A DNA stretch of 64,000 nt from a virus: the IMG/VR virus record IMGVR_UViG_3300025892_000009; one strand, written 5' to 3'. The first letter of the stretch is position 1. Every line of letters starts with the position of its first letter. Position numbers and translations under genes: made by a program. Positions 10,170 through 19,700 of this stretch are shown here, piece by piece. The notes beneath the pieces are model-generated. The model made no database searches. It was given only the letters and a program-made list of their open reading frames with translations, and was not told the DNA's origin.

Positions 10170-10913
10170 TTAGATGCCAAACTGAGCAACATCTACTTGC
10201 TCTTGAGTATATCCAAGTGTAGTTGCAGCAAAATCGAAAGTATTGATTACTTTATCACCACCAGTATTTGTGAATGGCATGACACCATCACCCACAGTAT
10301 CAAATCGGTATCTTTCATAATAAAATGAGATATCCAATTTAATTAATGATGTAGGTCCATTATTCAATGTGATAGCAGACATATCAAATGGAAATGCCCC
10401 ATATAACATCCATGCACCAGTAACACGATTCAATCTAGATCTGGTCTTCTGACCAGATGAGTTTCTACCCTCATATACAACAGGGGATCCCAATTCCCAT
10501 TTCTTTATAGTGATATTGCTGGTATATTCACTGTAGAATGTAACTCTGTTTTCAGCATCAGATGCTGTAAGATTCATCCATTTTTCAAATAACTGACGAT
10601 GATATAGACTCTTAGGAAGAAGAAATGAGATCGTCATCTCTGAAAATGAGGTATCAGTGGCAAATCGACGCATTGCACCAACACTTCTTATCTGCCCTGT
10701 AGTAATTCTTCTACCAGGAATAGTTACATCATCCGCAAGAGCATTAATTGCATCATAGTGTTTTCTAATATTACCAGAAATATCAGGATCTGCTGCTACA
10801 ATTCCTGGCAAACCAATTTCAACACCATAAAGATTAGATCTAGAGGGCTCTAACTCTCCAGATGTAACCAGATTCATAAAACGGGTAAACCCGTTATCCA
10901 TACGAAATGACAT
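10170..10913 (-). CDS. Tail tube-like protein (gp19/gp54 family)
   Basis: VTIPGR..F.LPK..FEKW..GAFP..F.YERY tail-tube fold motifs. Confidence 0.65.
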   Translation of the reverse strand: MSFRMDNGFTRFMNLVTSGELEPSRSNLYGVEIGLPGIVAADPDISGNIRKHYDAINALADDVTIPGRRITTGQIRSVGAMRRFATDTSFSEMTISFLLPKSLYHRQLFEKWMNLTASDAENRVTFYSEYTSNITIKKWELGSPVVYEGRNSSGQKTRSRLNRVTGAWMLYGAFPFDMSAITLNNGPTSLIKLDISFYYERYRFDTVGDGVMPFTNTGGDKVINTFDFAATTLGYTQEQVDVAQFGI

Positions 10914-11383
10914 TAGAGTCTGCTCCAGATAAAGCTACTAGGGACATCAATCATCCTTCCTACCCTTGACATGGTAAATTGCTCAATTGGAAGTGGGGTC
11001 ATATTATTGAGATCTACACGCCTTACTGTTTTAATTTGGCGTGCGTTTGACATGAAATATTTATGGTAACAACGCTGAGGAAATGCGTTGCTTCCACTAG
11101 ACCAACTTTGACAAATAGATTTCCTTACAGAAGGTCTCAAATAATGTATATTTCCACCTGAGAATTGTGCATTAACAGTATCTTTATCCGTAATCAATAC
11201 CATAGGATACTTATCATAGAAAGGTAGTTTCTCAGTTGCTGCAGAATAATTGAATAGAATAATATCACCAACTTCAAATCCACCAGAATAGTCTTCCAGT
11301 CCATACATCAATTGCTCTCTATACCAATCTTTAGATTGCTTTTTGCCAGATGCTAAATCTTTAACATCAGTAAAGACGCTCAT
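10913..11383 (-). CDS. gp2: DNA end protector protein gp2
   Basis: LPFYDKYPMV..GGNIHYL..HKY motifs; next to gp4. Confidence 0.75.
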   Translation of the reverse strand: MSVFTDVKDLASGKKQSKDWYREQLMYGLEDYSGGFEVGDIILFNYSAATEKLPFYDKYPMVLITDKDTVNAQFSGGNIHYLRPSVRKSICQSWSSGSNAFPQRCYHKYFMSNARQIKTVRRVDLNNMTPLPIEQFTMSRVGRMIDVPSSFIWSRL

Positions 11384-11814
11384 ACCTTTAGTTCCTTTTC
11401 TGTGAGTATCATAAATTGCATTTTACGATCAGCACAATATTCTTTTGCCGCTTTCCACTTTGCATCATTTACAGCATAAGTTTTAATCTCTGTCAAATAT
11501 CGTTTCGTAACTTTTTTCTGTGCTTTTGGTGGAGCACATTGTGCTTTTGGTTTTATCTCTACGATATATTTCAGAGTTTTTCCAGTTCTAGTACGTGCTT
11601 TGATATAGAAATCTGGGAAATATCGATGAAAACGATTGTCCACAGGACTCACATATGGAATAACAATAGTTTCACTTCCCCATTCTAGAATATTCTCATT
11701 CTTGTCGCACCAAACCATAAACTTTCTTTCCCACAAAGACCTATAAATAATATTTGTAGGATCACCCTTATACTTATTTCTATTTGATGGTCGGAATTTT
11801 CCAGAATAACTCAT
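11380..11814 (-). CDS. gp4: Head completion nuclease gp4
   Basis: MSYSGKFRP..YRSLWERKFM..RYFPDF..VEIKP..KWKAA; start moved to the internal Met at 11814. Confidence 0.9.
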   Translation of the reverse strand: MSYSGKFRPSNRNKYKGDPTNIIYRSLWERKFMVWCDKNENILEWGSETIVIPYVSPVDNRFHRYFPDFYIKARTRTGKTLKYIVEIKPKAQCAPPKAQKKVTKRYLTEIKTYAVNDAKWKAAKEYCADRKMQFMILTEKELKV

Positions 11815-12718
11815 GACTCTTCTTATATACCCTAGGTCTAAACCATATGGGGCTAATTCAACGAATAGTAGATCCGCCATCTCTGAGAGCGCAGCGTATC
11901 CTACAGAGGTAATCGATTACCTCAAGTTTAATATCCTCGATCCTATCGATGATACAATCGAGCATACACTATATTTATACTTACCATCCAAATTGAGTGA
12001 AACATATACTGCAAAGTATAATGGTGTTGAATTAGGTGCAGTTGGTAATGCTGCTGTCAACGCGGCGAAGGGGGCAATTGATGCTGGTGGTATTGGGGAA
12101 AGTTTCGCTGCTAATGTGGAGCAGTTTGCTTCTGCAGCAAAACCTGCTCTAGGATACTCTATGGGTGCAGGTATTATTAACCAAGTTGTCCAAAAAACTG
12201 GGGGTAGTGGTAGTCTTTCTAGAGATAATCTTTCTGCTCTAACTCAAAAGAAAGTTTTTAACCCCTACGAAGAAACAATTTTCCAAGGAACAACATTTAG
12301 AGATCATACTTTTAGTTTTAAAATGGCACCAAAAGATGCCACTGATGTGCAAACTATTGTTAAAATTATCAATACCTTTAGACAATCAATGCTTCCTGGT
12401 AAAGATGGTGAGAACTGGTTGACTCTACCTTATAGTTTCCAAATGGAAATTATGAGATATGAAAGTAAAGGTGGTGACGAAATTCTTACCGCACCTGGTG
12501 ATAAAAAGGGCGTTTTAGCAACGTTGATGAGATTCCCTAATAAAATGGTTATGACTAATATGAGTGTAGATCTATCTCCCGATGGAAACTACTCATCGCT
12601 ACAGACACGTATTCCTGGAGCTGATCAGACGGTAGATTACGGTCCAGTTTCTTACAATATGACCTTATCATTCCAAGAAACAAAATACCTCACCCGCGAA
12701 GATTATCCAAACGTATAA
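11813..12718 (+). CDS. gp48: Baseplate tail tube cap gp48
   Basis: LYLYLP..NPYEETIFQG..FRDHTFSFKMAPK..F.ET motifs; divergent from gp4. Confidence 0.8.
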   Translation: MTLLIYPRSKPYGANSTNSRSAISESAAYPTEVIDYLKFNILDPIDDTIEHTLYLYLPSKLSETYTAKYNGVELGAVGNAAVNAAKGAIDAGGIGESFAANVEQFASAAKPALGYSMGAGIINQVVQKTGGSGSLSRDNLSALTQKKVFNPYEETIFQGTTFRDHTFSFKMAPKDATDVQTIVKIINTFRQSMLPGKDGENWLTLPYSFQMEIMRYESKGGDEILTAPGDKKGVLATLMRFPNKMVMTNMSVDLSPDGNYSSLQTRIPGADQTVDYGPVSYNMTLSFQETKYLTREDYPNV

Positions 12719-13668
12719 TGTCACAATTCTTCTCCTACTTACCTGATGTATTTGTCAGGTCATCAAGTTATCGCAATAATAACGTAGATCCCTACGTTTT
12801 AGCGAAAAATATCTTCAGACGAATAAAAATTCGTGAGGATTTGGATGATATTATTTTGGGATTCTCTCAATATACCATCCAAAATAATGAAAGACCTGAT
12901 CAAATAGCATACGATGTCTATGGTCAGATGGAATATGATTGGGTCATACTACTCACCAATAATATCATCAATATCTATGATGAGTGGCCTATGACTGAGC
13001 ATGAAATGTATAATTACATGGTCAGAAAATATGGAACATCTCTTGTAGATAGTGTACATCATTGGGTCACTCAAGAAGTAAAAACTCCTGGACCTAAGGG
13101 TAGAATTATTCTTAAAGGTGGCATTCAAGTACCTGAAGACTTCACATATCGTACTTCAACTGGCACACTAGTTCCTAAATCTGAATTAGTGCGTCCAATA
13201 AGTAATTATGACTATGAAAGTGAAATTAATAACTACAAGAGAAATATCTATCTCTTGCGACCAGAATTTGTTTCTCAATTTATTGAAGAATTTGAAGAAT
13301 TGGTGAGTTATCTACCTTCTGTCGAAAACTCTCCCGATAGTGCTGCTAAGAGATCTCCAAATACTGTTAGAGAAGAGTTTATACCAGTCAAACCTACATA
13401 TCAATCACTGGTGGGTCAAATTTCTTCTATCGACTTTGCTACCGAGCAAGAGTTTACGTCTAGGACTGTTACTCTTGCTGGTGCATCTATTGAGCAAGGT
13501 GATGTATTGGCAGATGGATCTACAGTTGCAACAACTAGTAGTAGCACCAGTGCAGTTACTGAATCTGCAGGTACCTCCTCAGAGGTAGTTACCAATCAAT
13601 ATGGCAGTGCAGGATCTTCATCTGGACAGACAAGTAGCGGATCTAGCAGCAGTAGTGGTGGTTATTAA
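12718..13668 (+). CDS. gp53: Baseplate wedge gp53 with Ser/Thr/Gly-rich tail
   Basis: ERPDQIAYDVYG..WVILLTNNI..EWP motif. Confidence 0.9.
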   Translation: MSQFFSYLPDVFVRSSSYRNNNVDPYVLAKNIFRRIKIREDLDDIILGFSQYTIQNNERPDQIAYDVYGQMEYDWVILLTNNIINIYDEWPMTEHEMYNYMVRKYGTSLVDSVHHWVTQEVKTPGPKGRIILKGGIQVPEDFTYRTSTGTLVPKSELVRPISNYDYESEINNYKRNIYLLRPEFVSQFIEEFEELVSYLPSVENSPDSAAKRSPNTVREEFIPVKPTYQSLVGQISSIDFATEQEFTSRTVTLAGASIEQGDVLADGSTVATTSSSTSAVTESAGTSSEVVTNQYGSAGSSSGQTSSGSSSSSGGY

Positions 13669-13907
13669 CTAGATACTAACATTCCTTGCTCTTGAAGGAA
13701 GTGAAGCGTATCATGCATATTTCCAATATGCTTATATCCTAAAGATACTTGGGGATATGTAGCATTTTCACCAAATTCTGCTTCAAACGATCTTTGAGTA
13801 AAGTGATTATTGAGTTTATACTCATGAAAATCACCTCCTAGGGATTTTAGGAGAGATACCATTCTCTCACATTCTTGACTGCCATTCGAGTAGATTACTG
13901 CTTGCAT
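13665..13907 (-). CDS. Glutaredoxin-like protein lacking a CxxC motif
   Basis: VIYS..C..F..EFG..ATYPQV..HIG glutaredoxin pattern with a single Cys. Confidence 0.6.
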   Translation of the reverse strand: MQAVIYSNGSQECERMVSLLKSLGGDFHEYKLNNHFTQRSFEAEFGENATYPQVSLGYKHIGNMHDTLHFLQEQGMLVSS

Positions 13908-14098
13908 GTGTCTTCTTTGTAAGTAATAGTGATTTGATTGTATACTTCATCTCGATTGTCGCTGTTATAAACACGACAACGTTTGATGTCAGCATCTAAT
14001 ATATTTACAACATTACCTAGTTGATGCTCAACTATAAATTTCTTGAAACCCTCATCCATCCAAGATTTGTTAGATCCTGGTAAGTTAAAATCATCCAT
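13895..14098 (-). CDS. Hypothetical protein
   Basis: ORF tiles between purS and the glutaredoxin-like gene; start placed at MDDF. Confidence 0.55.
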   Translation of the reverse strand: MDDFNLPGSNKSWMDEGFKKFIVEHQLGNVVNILDADIKRCRVYNSDNRDEVYNQITITYKEDTCKQ

Positions 14099-14372
14099 TG
14101 TCAATACCTTTAGGAAAGTTTTCAATTTCGGTCAGTTCGTAGTCCCAGTCTTCCATGACTGTGTTGGCAAGAAATCTATCAGATAGCATTTCGAGTTCCT
14201 TCTCAGCATACTCTCTGCTCTCTGCTTCTAACCAAACATCAATTACCTTACCAAGTCTAAGTTTCTTGATATCCAACTCAGACAATCGCTTACAGGCATC
14301 TCTCACGGCATTTCCAGGAGAGTCATCAACCTGTGATCGTAGTCGGACAAATACTAATGCTTTAAATTTCAT
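14091..14372 (-). CDS. purS: Phosphoribosylformylglycinamidine synthase subunit PurS
   Basis: MKFKALVFVRLRSQVDDSPGNAV..LRLGKVIDV..LANTVMEDW. Confidence 0.85.
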   Translation of the reverse strand: MKFKALVFVRLRSQVDDSPGNAVRDACKRLSELDIKKLRLGKVIDVWLEAESREYAEKELEMLSDRFLANTVMEDWDYELTEIENFPKGIDNG

Positions 14373-14578
14373 AACAAATGTGATACCGAAATAACTAGAA
14401 GGAATGTAACCATAATAACGATGTCCCAAGATTTTGTCCTTACAAAGTAAGGAATTGAAATGCTGTCACCCACCATCTGAATTACTACACCAAGTGTTGT
14501 ATTGATATGGAGGATAGTAAAGTAAGCAATGATTACAAGACCACTACCCAATACTCTCATTGGAACAGTAATATTCAT
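14369..14578 (-). CDS. Small membrane protein
   Basis: Hydrophobic 69-aa ORF with IPYF..KSWD motif. Confidence 0.6.
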   Translation of the reverse strand: MNITVPMRVLGSGLVIIAYFTILHINTTLGVVIQMVGDSISIPYFVRTKSWDIVIMVTFLLVISVSHLL

Positions 14579-14690
14579 TATTCTTTTTCACCCAACAAGG
14601 TTTGCAAAGAGGAATCATCCTCAATTGAGGACACTGATTCGCTGGCACCATCTTACCACACCCAGAGCATTTTGTCTCCCACATTTTCAT
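14544..14690 (-). CDS. Small Cys-rich (CxxC...CxxC) putative zinc-binding protein
   Basis: Manual translation MKMWETKCSGCGKMVPANQCPQLRMIPLCKPCW..; ATGA overlap with the HNH stop. Confidence 0.5.
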   Translation of the reverse strand: MKMWETKCSGCGKMVPANQCPQLRMIPLCKPCWVKKNNEYYCSNESIG

Positions 14691-15166
14691 TTGTTTCCTT
14701 TCTTCATGTTTTCATAACCACTCAACCATTGTAAATTATCCAAATGGTGGAAGGTAGGTTTTGAATTATCGGGATCAATGTGGTCTACCTGCATAGAAAA
14801 TTTGATATATTTTTTTGCTATTTGAGGAATAGAATCCCATATATCAACCAATTCTTCTGGAAGATTTTCTTCAAATGGTTTGAAGGTCTCCATCAATGCT
14901 CTATGAGACTGGACACCAAATGCTGCGTATCCACTATCATACTGCCTGTAAGTATGAAGTTTACTCAATCGATAGAGAATATATTTTCCCAGCTTTGTTC
15001 CTGTTCTCTTTACCATAGGACTACCATAGCATACATTTTCCAGAGATAGATCACTATATCGATTCAAGTGCGATTTTCTAGTAGAAAACAATTCTCCTTG
15101 TGTGTTGATATAATATCCAGGACATGTATGCCCCTCATAAACTAATTCTTCAATTTCATTTTTCAC
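14687..15166 (-). mobile_element. Free-standing HNH (homing-type) endonuclease
   Basis: N-terminal GYYINTQGELFS; C-terminal VDHID..H..NLQWLS..EN. Confidence 0.75.
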
Positions 15167-15462
15167 AATGTTCTTTCTAATCTATTTGTTGCTTGGTCTG
15201 GGAAGTCTCTAGGACGACTATCACCAGCATTATCAGTTCTAGCAGAACCTTCATTCGCCTTCATTGTATGCTGATAGTTTGCTCTCGGATATCTGATACA
15301 GAATGGATCAGGCATCCAGTATGTTACCTGCCATTCTTGTTCAGGATTTAACTCAAGATGTTTCTCCACACTGTGAGAGAAAATACCGAGTTGGATGTAT
15401 CCATCATGACTGACACATCTACCATCACCAATGTCAACTAGGAATAGCATCTTACTACTCAT
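15163..15462 (-). CDS. Conserved cyanophage hypothetical protein
   Basis: Tightly tiled ORF with 4-nt overlaps. Confidence 0.65.
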   Translation of the reverse strand: MSSKMLFLVDIGDGRCVSHDGYIQLGIFSHSVEKHLELNPEQEWQVTYWMPDPFCIRYPRANYQHTMKANEGSARTDNAGDSRPRDFPDQATNRLERTL

Positions 15463-15590
15463 AACACTTCTTGCTCTGGATTAAGATTTTTCACGAATTG
15501 CTCAGGATCCTTTTCTGACTTGTGTACCCAATGATACCGCATCATCTCAAAAATAGGGTCCCATGTGCAGATACAAACATAATCCTTCAT
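15459..15590 (-). CDS. Small hypothetical protein (43 aa)
   Basis: Manual translation MKDYVCICTWDPIFEMMRYHWVHK..; ATGA coupling to the next gene. Confidence 0.5.
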   Translation of the reverse strand: MKDYVCICTWDPIFEMMRYHWVHKSEKDPEQFVKNLNPEQEVL

Positions 15591-15683
15591 GTATGTTTCG
15601 CTGCCAGTGCTTTCAGTTCCTTCGCTGTTAATTTATTCAACTGCTCTGTAAAGTGATCGAGCAGCAATTGTTTGTATTGTTTC

Positions 15684-15878
15684 TTAGTCATTGTATTGTT
15701 TAATTAATCTTGCAACTTGTTTCCTATCAGTTCCCTCAGGAGCATTTCGCAAACATCGCAAAATACACTCAGTATCTGTGATAGTGGGTTTTATCGTAAA
15801 TCCCCATTTATCAACTTCACCTTCAGTAGGTGCTTCGCATGGATCAAATTCATGTGGCATCAGTCTCGCTGTCTCCAA
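15684..15878 (-). CDS. Hypothetical protein
   Basis: ORF on the gene-dense strand. Confidence 0.55.
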   Translation of the reverse strand: METARLMPHEFDPCEAPTEGEVDKWGFTIKPTITDTECILRCLRNAPEGTDRKQVARLIKQYND

Positions 15879-16174
15879 TCTGAAGGTTTGTCTTGTTTAA
15901 ACCAATCTTTGATATCGTCAGCACTACTAAATCCCGTTTTATGATTGGATGGGTCGGGATCACCTAATCCCATCCTATTCAGAAAATCGTCTGTGCTGCC
16001 TTCTTCAATCTGTTGTGTGATTTGGCGTCTTGCCATCTTCAACATTTCACTGGCCGATGTATTTGCCTTTGCAAGTTTATTTGCCCAGATCATATCATCT
16101 AGTTTTACCTCTTCTCCATTTGCAATACATTTGCAAATGAATTCCATGCGTAGGCGATAAGCAGTTGATAACAT
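15860..16174 (-). CDS. Conserved cyanophage hypothetical protein
   Basis: MLSTAYRLRMEFICKCI..GLGDPDPSNH; TAAATA late-type promoter upstream near 16196. Confidence 0.7.
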   Translation of the reverse strand: MLSTAYRLRMEFICKCIANGEEVKLDDMIWANKLAKANTSASEMLKMARRQITQQIEEGSTDDFLNRMGLGDPDPSNHKTGFSSADDIKDWFKQDKPSDWRQRD

Positions 16175-16221
16175 TAATTACACCCTTTATCATTGATATT
16201 TATGAAAAACCCCCAGACGAA

Positions 16222-16253
16222 AAAATACCCCGAGTTTTTTTTCGGGGTATTTT
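16222..16253. terminator. Bidirectional intrinsic terminator-like hairpin
   Basis: aaaataccccga / tcggggtatttt inverted repeat. Confidence 0.7.
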
Positions 16254-16274
16254 GAAACTAAAAGTCGGATTTGG

Positions 16275-16526
16275 TTAGCAAGGTCTATATCGAATACTAT
16301 CTCTAGTTTCGTAATGACCTTCAACATATCTGTGAGCACCTAACCAGTAACCAGGAATCCATCTCCTCCTGGTTACAACATACTCACAGGTCCTACGTGG
16401 ACGATACTCCCGATAGTGATGGTGATGGTGACCATCATTAAATGGTTCCCAAAACTCCCCCCAAGTTATAGCACTAGCAGGGGATGCTGTTAACAATATC
16501 AAGGGGAGAGCAAGGAGTTTCATCAA
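16275..16526 (-). CDS. Secreted His/Arg-rich hypothetical protein
   Basis: Signal peptide ending in ASA, followed by HHHHH. Confidence 0.65.
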   Translation of the reverse strand: MMKLLALPLILLTASPASAITWGEFWEPFNDGHHHHHYREYRPRRTCEYVVTRRRWIPGYWLGAHRYVEGHYETRDSIRYRPC

Positions 16527-17428
16527 TCTTCAGCAGCGAGGGCAGCAAAGTAGGACAGGTCAGGTGAATCTGACTCTTCTACTTTATCACCAAAACCACT
16601 AGGTGTGGGATCTGCTTGGACCACTGGGTCATTTGTCACAAAGGAAGTGACTTGCTCATCTTCTTCAGTGAAGCGAGTTTGAGTAGGACGTGATGTCTTA
16701 CCAAGCACCATGTTGAGACGCTCTTCCAACTTCTCATATGACTTGAATGCACTGGGATCAGTAAACTCCTTCAGAGAGTACTGTGACTTCCAGATATCTT
16801 CAAGTTTTTCATCATCAAATCCACCAAGAGTTGCTGGACCAGCGAAGTCCGACTTATCATAATTCCAAAAACCACCGATGGTTTGGATCTTGATACGGAA
16901 GTCAGCACCTTTCCACATATCGAAAGGATTGATAGGATCTTCATCTTCAAATGTAGGTTGCATGGCAGACACGATCTTGTCGTGGATTTTCTTACCATAC
17001 TTGTAAAGGAATACTTTACCCTCATTGTCAGGGTTAAGTTGATCCTTCACAACATAGACGTTACTGTAGTATGACAGTTTACGCTTCTGTTTACGAGCAA
17101 TCTCTTTGTCACTCTCAACTCCGCTATTCCAGAGAGTGCGATTCAATTCACCAACTGGATCTTTCTGACCCAAAGTAGTGAGAGAGTTTTCAATATACCA
17201 ACCACCAGTGCCTTGGAAGGCATGTGACCAGACTTGTGCCCATGGAAGATCTTCACCATCAGGCTCGGGCAGGAATCGGACAACGGAATAACCGTTTCCA
17301 GACTTGTCCACTCCAGGTTTCCAGAGTCGCTCATCAGGACCTGCACCCTGAGGCTTAGACATCTTCTCAATCTGCTTGGTCAACTTATCAAAGGACCCAG
17401 ACTTAGACTTGAGACTTGCGAAAGACAT
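16523..17428 (-). CDS. gp32: Single-stranded DNA-binding protein gp32
   Basis: DERLWKP..VVRFLP..HAFQG.GGWYIEN..YKYGKKI; acidic tail. Confidence 0.95.
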   Translation of the reverse strand: MSFASLKSKSGSFDKLTKQIEKMSKPQGAGPDERLWKPGVDKSGNGYSVVRFLPEPDGEDLPWAQVWSHAFQGTGGWYIENSLTTLGQKDPVGELNRTLWNSGVESDKEIARKQKRKLSYYSNVYVVKDQLNPDNEGKVFLYKYGKKIHDKIVSAMQPTFEDEDPINPFDMWKGADFRIKIQTIGGFWNYDKSDFAGPATLGGFDDEKLEDIWKSQYSLKEFTDPSAFKSYEKLEERLNMVLGKTSRPTQTRFTEEDEQVTSFVTNDPVVQADPTPSGFGDKVEESDSPDLSYFAALAAED

Positions 17429-17504
17429 TGTATTCTCCGTATTTTAGTGTGTGTGTTGTGTGATGTTGGGTCTTACGCTTAATACTGTGCTGCCCAACGA
17501 ATGT

Positions 17505-17533
17505 ATAGTATCAGGACCGACGATCTCTGTCAA
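17505..17533 (-). promoter_or_regulatory. Sigma70-type promoter of gene 32
   Basis: TTGACA-17 nt-TACTAT with extended TG. Confidence 0.75.
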
Positions 17534-17672
17534 CCTGCTGTGTGCGGTTTATGATCAGGACCTTGTGACCATCATGAGTAAACTGCAGCTCATCATCGGG
17601 ATGCCACAGCAACTCTTCATATAGGTCATCAAGTTTCTGCATATCTTCATAGAGTTGATTGGGGTTAGTCAT
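17511..17672 (-). CDS. Small acidic hypothetical protein (53 aa)
   Basis: Manual translation MTNPNQLYEDMQKLDDLYEELLWHPDDEL.. Confidence 0.6.
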   Translation of the reverse strand: MTNPNQLYEDMQKLDDLYEELLWHPDDELQFTHDGHKVLIINRTQQVDRDRRS

Positions 17673-18024
17673 TTTTCAATTCCTTCCTCCAACCTTGCAG
17701 TTTATCCTCCATACTCTGAAGGATCATCATTAGATCCATACCACCTGAGTATTGTTTGGACATAGTATCGATACGATCTCTAACAAATTCTGCTTCTTCA
17801 GATGCATCATCCTGACCTATGCCATGGGATGCCAAAGCAAGACGAGCGTAAAATACTTTTTGTTTTGCGATCAACTCTAGTGTTTTCTCGATGTGATCGA
17901 GTCTTTCTTCTGGAGAGAAGTCGGATAGACCTGCTGACATTTTTAGCAGGTCTGAATATGTTTTTTCAATATCTTGAAGCTCGTCTCTTACTGCTTCAGA
18001 TTGAAAGAATGTATCTTCTGTCAT
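17665..18024 (-). CDS. DUF1825-like cyanobacterial/cyanophage protein
   Basis: FFQSEAVRDEL..LELIAKQKVFYARLAL motif. Confidence 0.65.
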   Translation of the reverse strand: MTEDTFFQSEAVRDELQDIEKTYSDLLKMSAGLSDFSPEERLDHIEKTLELIAKQKVFYARLALASHGIGQDDASEEAEFVRDRIDTMSKQYSGGMDLMMILQSMEDKLQGWRKELKND

Positions 18025-18266
18025 AAAGGAAGTACTCCTCTGCTTGTACGTTTCATGTAATTAAGTTGTTGAGCATCCCATTTGATTTTATCCTTGAGAG
18101 GTTTTGAGATCAGTTTACTAATAGTTTCAACTTCAATTTCAAATTCTTCACAGATAGAAGCAACTGCTTCAATATAATTGATTAGTCCGTTGCTTTCTTT
18201 GACGCGATACTCAACCAACGAAGTGAATTTACCTTGTGTCATAAACTTTTCTTCAATTTCTTTCAT
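18021..18266 (-). CDS. gp33: Late transcription coactivator gp33
   Basis: NYIEAV..ICEE..SKLISKPLKDKIK.DA..LNY. Confidence 0.85.
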   Translation of the reverse strand: MKEIEEKFMTQGKFTSLVEYRVKESNGLINYIEAVASICEEFEIEVETISKLISKPLKDKIKWDAQQLNYMKRTSRGVLPL

Positions 18267-18937
18267 TTAATACCCTCGACATAGTAGTGATAGTCATGAA
18301 TCCATTCGCAAAGGGTATCAATGTAAGGTATTTTATCATACTTTTGGGCAACTTGGGTTTCTCCTGACTCAGCGACAGAGAGTGTAACAAGTTTAGTAAC
18401 TTCAATACCTGTCAATTCATAATACATGTATGCATATGCTGCTTCTTGGACAAAAAACTTATAGAGATGCTCTTCTTTTTTAAGTTTTGTCGTAGTCTTG
18501 AAGTCAATTATAGCAAGCTCGCCATCATAGTCAGCAATACAATCAACCCGCCCAGCAATACCAAGGCGACGAGAGTAAAGAGGGGCTTCAAGAATGTGAA
18601 TATTAGAAATAAGATCAAGATTCTTACGAGAAGCCCCAAATAAGTACTTGGGAAGACCCTCGCTTTTTTTAACTTTTTCCAAGTCATTATTAAGATAGTG
18701 CTCCACTATAGAATGATATTTAGTGCCTCTACTAGAAGCAGCACGACGGATTCTCTCCGCTTCACTGTAACCTACTCGTTTTTCCCAAGCAAGGATGCCT
18801 TGCTTCGACTGGTGTCCAACTACAGTAGTGATGCTAGGCATCCACTGATCATCAATCTTATAAAATCTTCCGTGAGGAAGTGTCCTGCTATCCAATTCTT
18901 CAAGAGGAGAGGCAGGACCCACATAGTTAAACAGCAT
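18263..18937 (-). CDS. PD-(D/E)XK exonuclease (Cas4-like fold)
   Basis: PSITTV..RGT.YH..IAGRVDCIA..IIDFKTT. Confidence 0.85.
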   Translation of the reverse strand: MLFNYVGPASPLEELDSRTLPHGRFYKIDDQWMPSITTVVGHQSKQGILAWEKRVGYSEAERIRRAASSRGTKYHSIVEHYLNNDLEKVKKSEGLPKYLFGASRKNLDLISNIHILEAPLYSRRLGIAGRVDCIADYDGELAIIDFKTTTKLKKEEHLYKFFVQEAAYAYMYYELTGIEVTKLVTLSVAESGETQVAQKYDKIPYIDTLCEWIHDYHYYVEGIK

Positions 18938-19695
18938 CAGCTAAATCCAAGGTTAATTTTACTAATTAGATACTCGCGCACTAAACCTGATCTGACAATA
19001 TCTTCTATGCCAAATTCAATACAATCAAATGATGGCATAGACTGCAAGATCTTCATGAAGTCTAGCACACCTGTCCTCTCATTGCTCTTAACTAAGTCGG
19101 ACTGACTGTAGTCACCAGAGAAAATAATCTTAGAGTCTTCACCCACACGAGTGACAATAGAATCTAACTCATGAAAGTTTAGATTAGAAAACTCATCAAC
19201 AATAATAATACATCTATCCATAGTGACACCACGGATAAAGGATGTAGACCAGAAAGAGACAGTCTCTTGTGATCTTAGGTTATCATATAGACTTTCAAAT
19301 GCATTATCGTCTGGCATCTCAAACATATACTTCACCATATTCTTATAGGGAATTTGGTAAAGATTACTTTTGTCCTCATGATCTCCTGGTAGGAAACCAA
19401 TCTCTCTAGTAGGGACTAGAGACCTCACCATATAAACCTTTTCATATGGTGTAGAAGGATCTAATACCTGCTGCAATGCAAGATAGAGACTAATAAAAGT
19501 CTTACCTGTACCAGCAGCACCATGCAAAACCAGATTCTTACCCTCACCATATGATTCAAAGACCTTTTCCTGATTCTCAGTGAGAGGCTCAATGACTTTA
19601 AGATGGTCTAGATTGATAGGTTTCTTACGTCGCATCTGTTTGACACTCATGGATGACCCATTAGTTGGTGTCTTGCGCTTTCTTGCTGCAGGCAT
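18937..19695 (-). CDS. phoH: PhoH family ATPase
   Basis: GAAGTGKT Walker A; IGFLPG; IIVDE.SN; SGD..QSDL. Confidence 0.95.
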   Translation of the reverse strand: MPAARKRKTPTNGSSMSVKQMRRKKPINLDHLKVIEPLTENQEKVFESYGEGKNLVLHGAAGTGKTFISLYLALQQVLDPSTPYEKVYMVRSLVPTREIGFLPGDHEDKSNLYQIPYKNMVKYMFEMPDDNAFESLYDNLRSQETVSFWSTSFIRGVTMDRCIIIVDEFSNLNFHELDSIVTRVGEDSKIIFSGDYSQSDLVKSNERTGVLDFMKILQSMPSFDCIEFGIEDIVRSGLVREYLISKINLGFS

Positions 19696-19700
19696 AATTT

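Noticed and set aside
13340-13668. Ser/Gly/Thr-rich tail of gp53 and the overlapping 82-aa ORF
   Set aside because: Low-complexity linker; the alternate-frame ORF has no supporting features
18263-18937. Cas4-like nuclease as evidence of a CRISPR system
   Set aside because: Common stand-alone T4-like exonuclease; no Fe-S cysteine set, no other cas genes and no repeat-spacer array in the window
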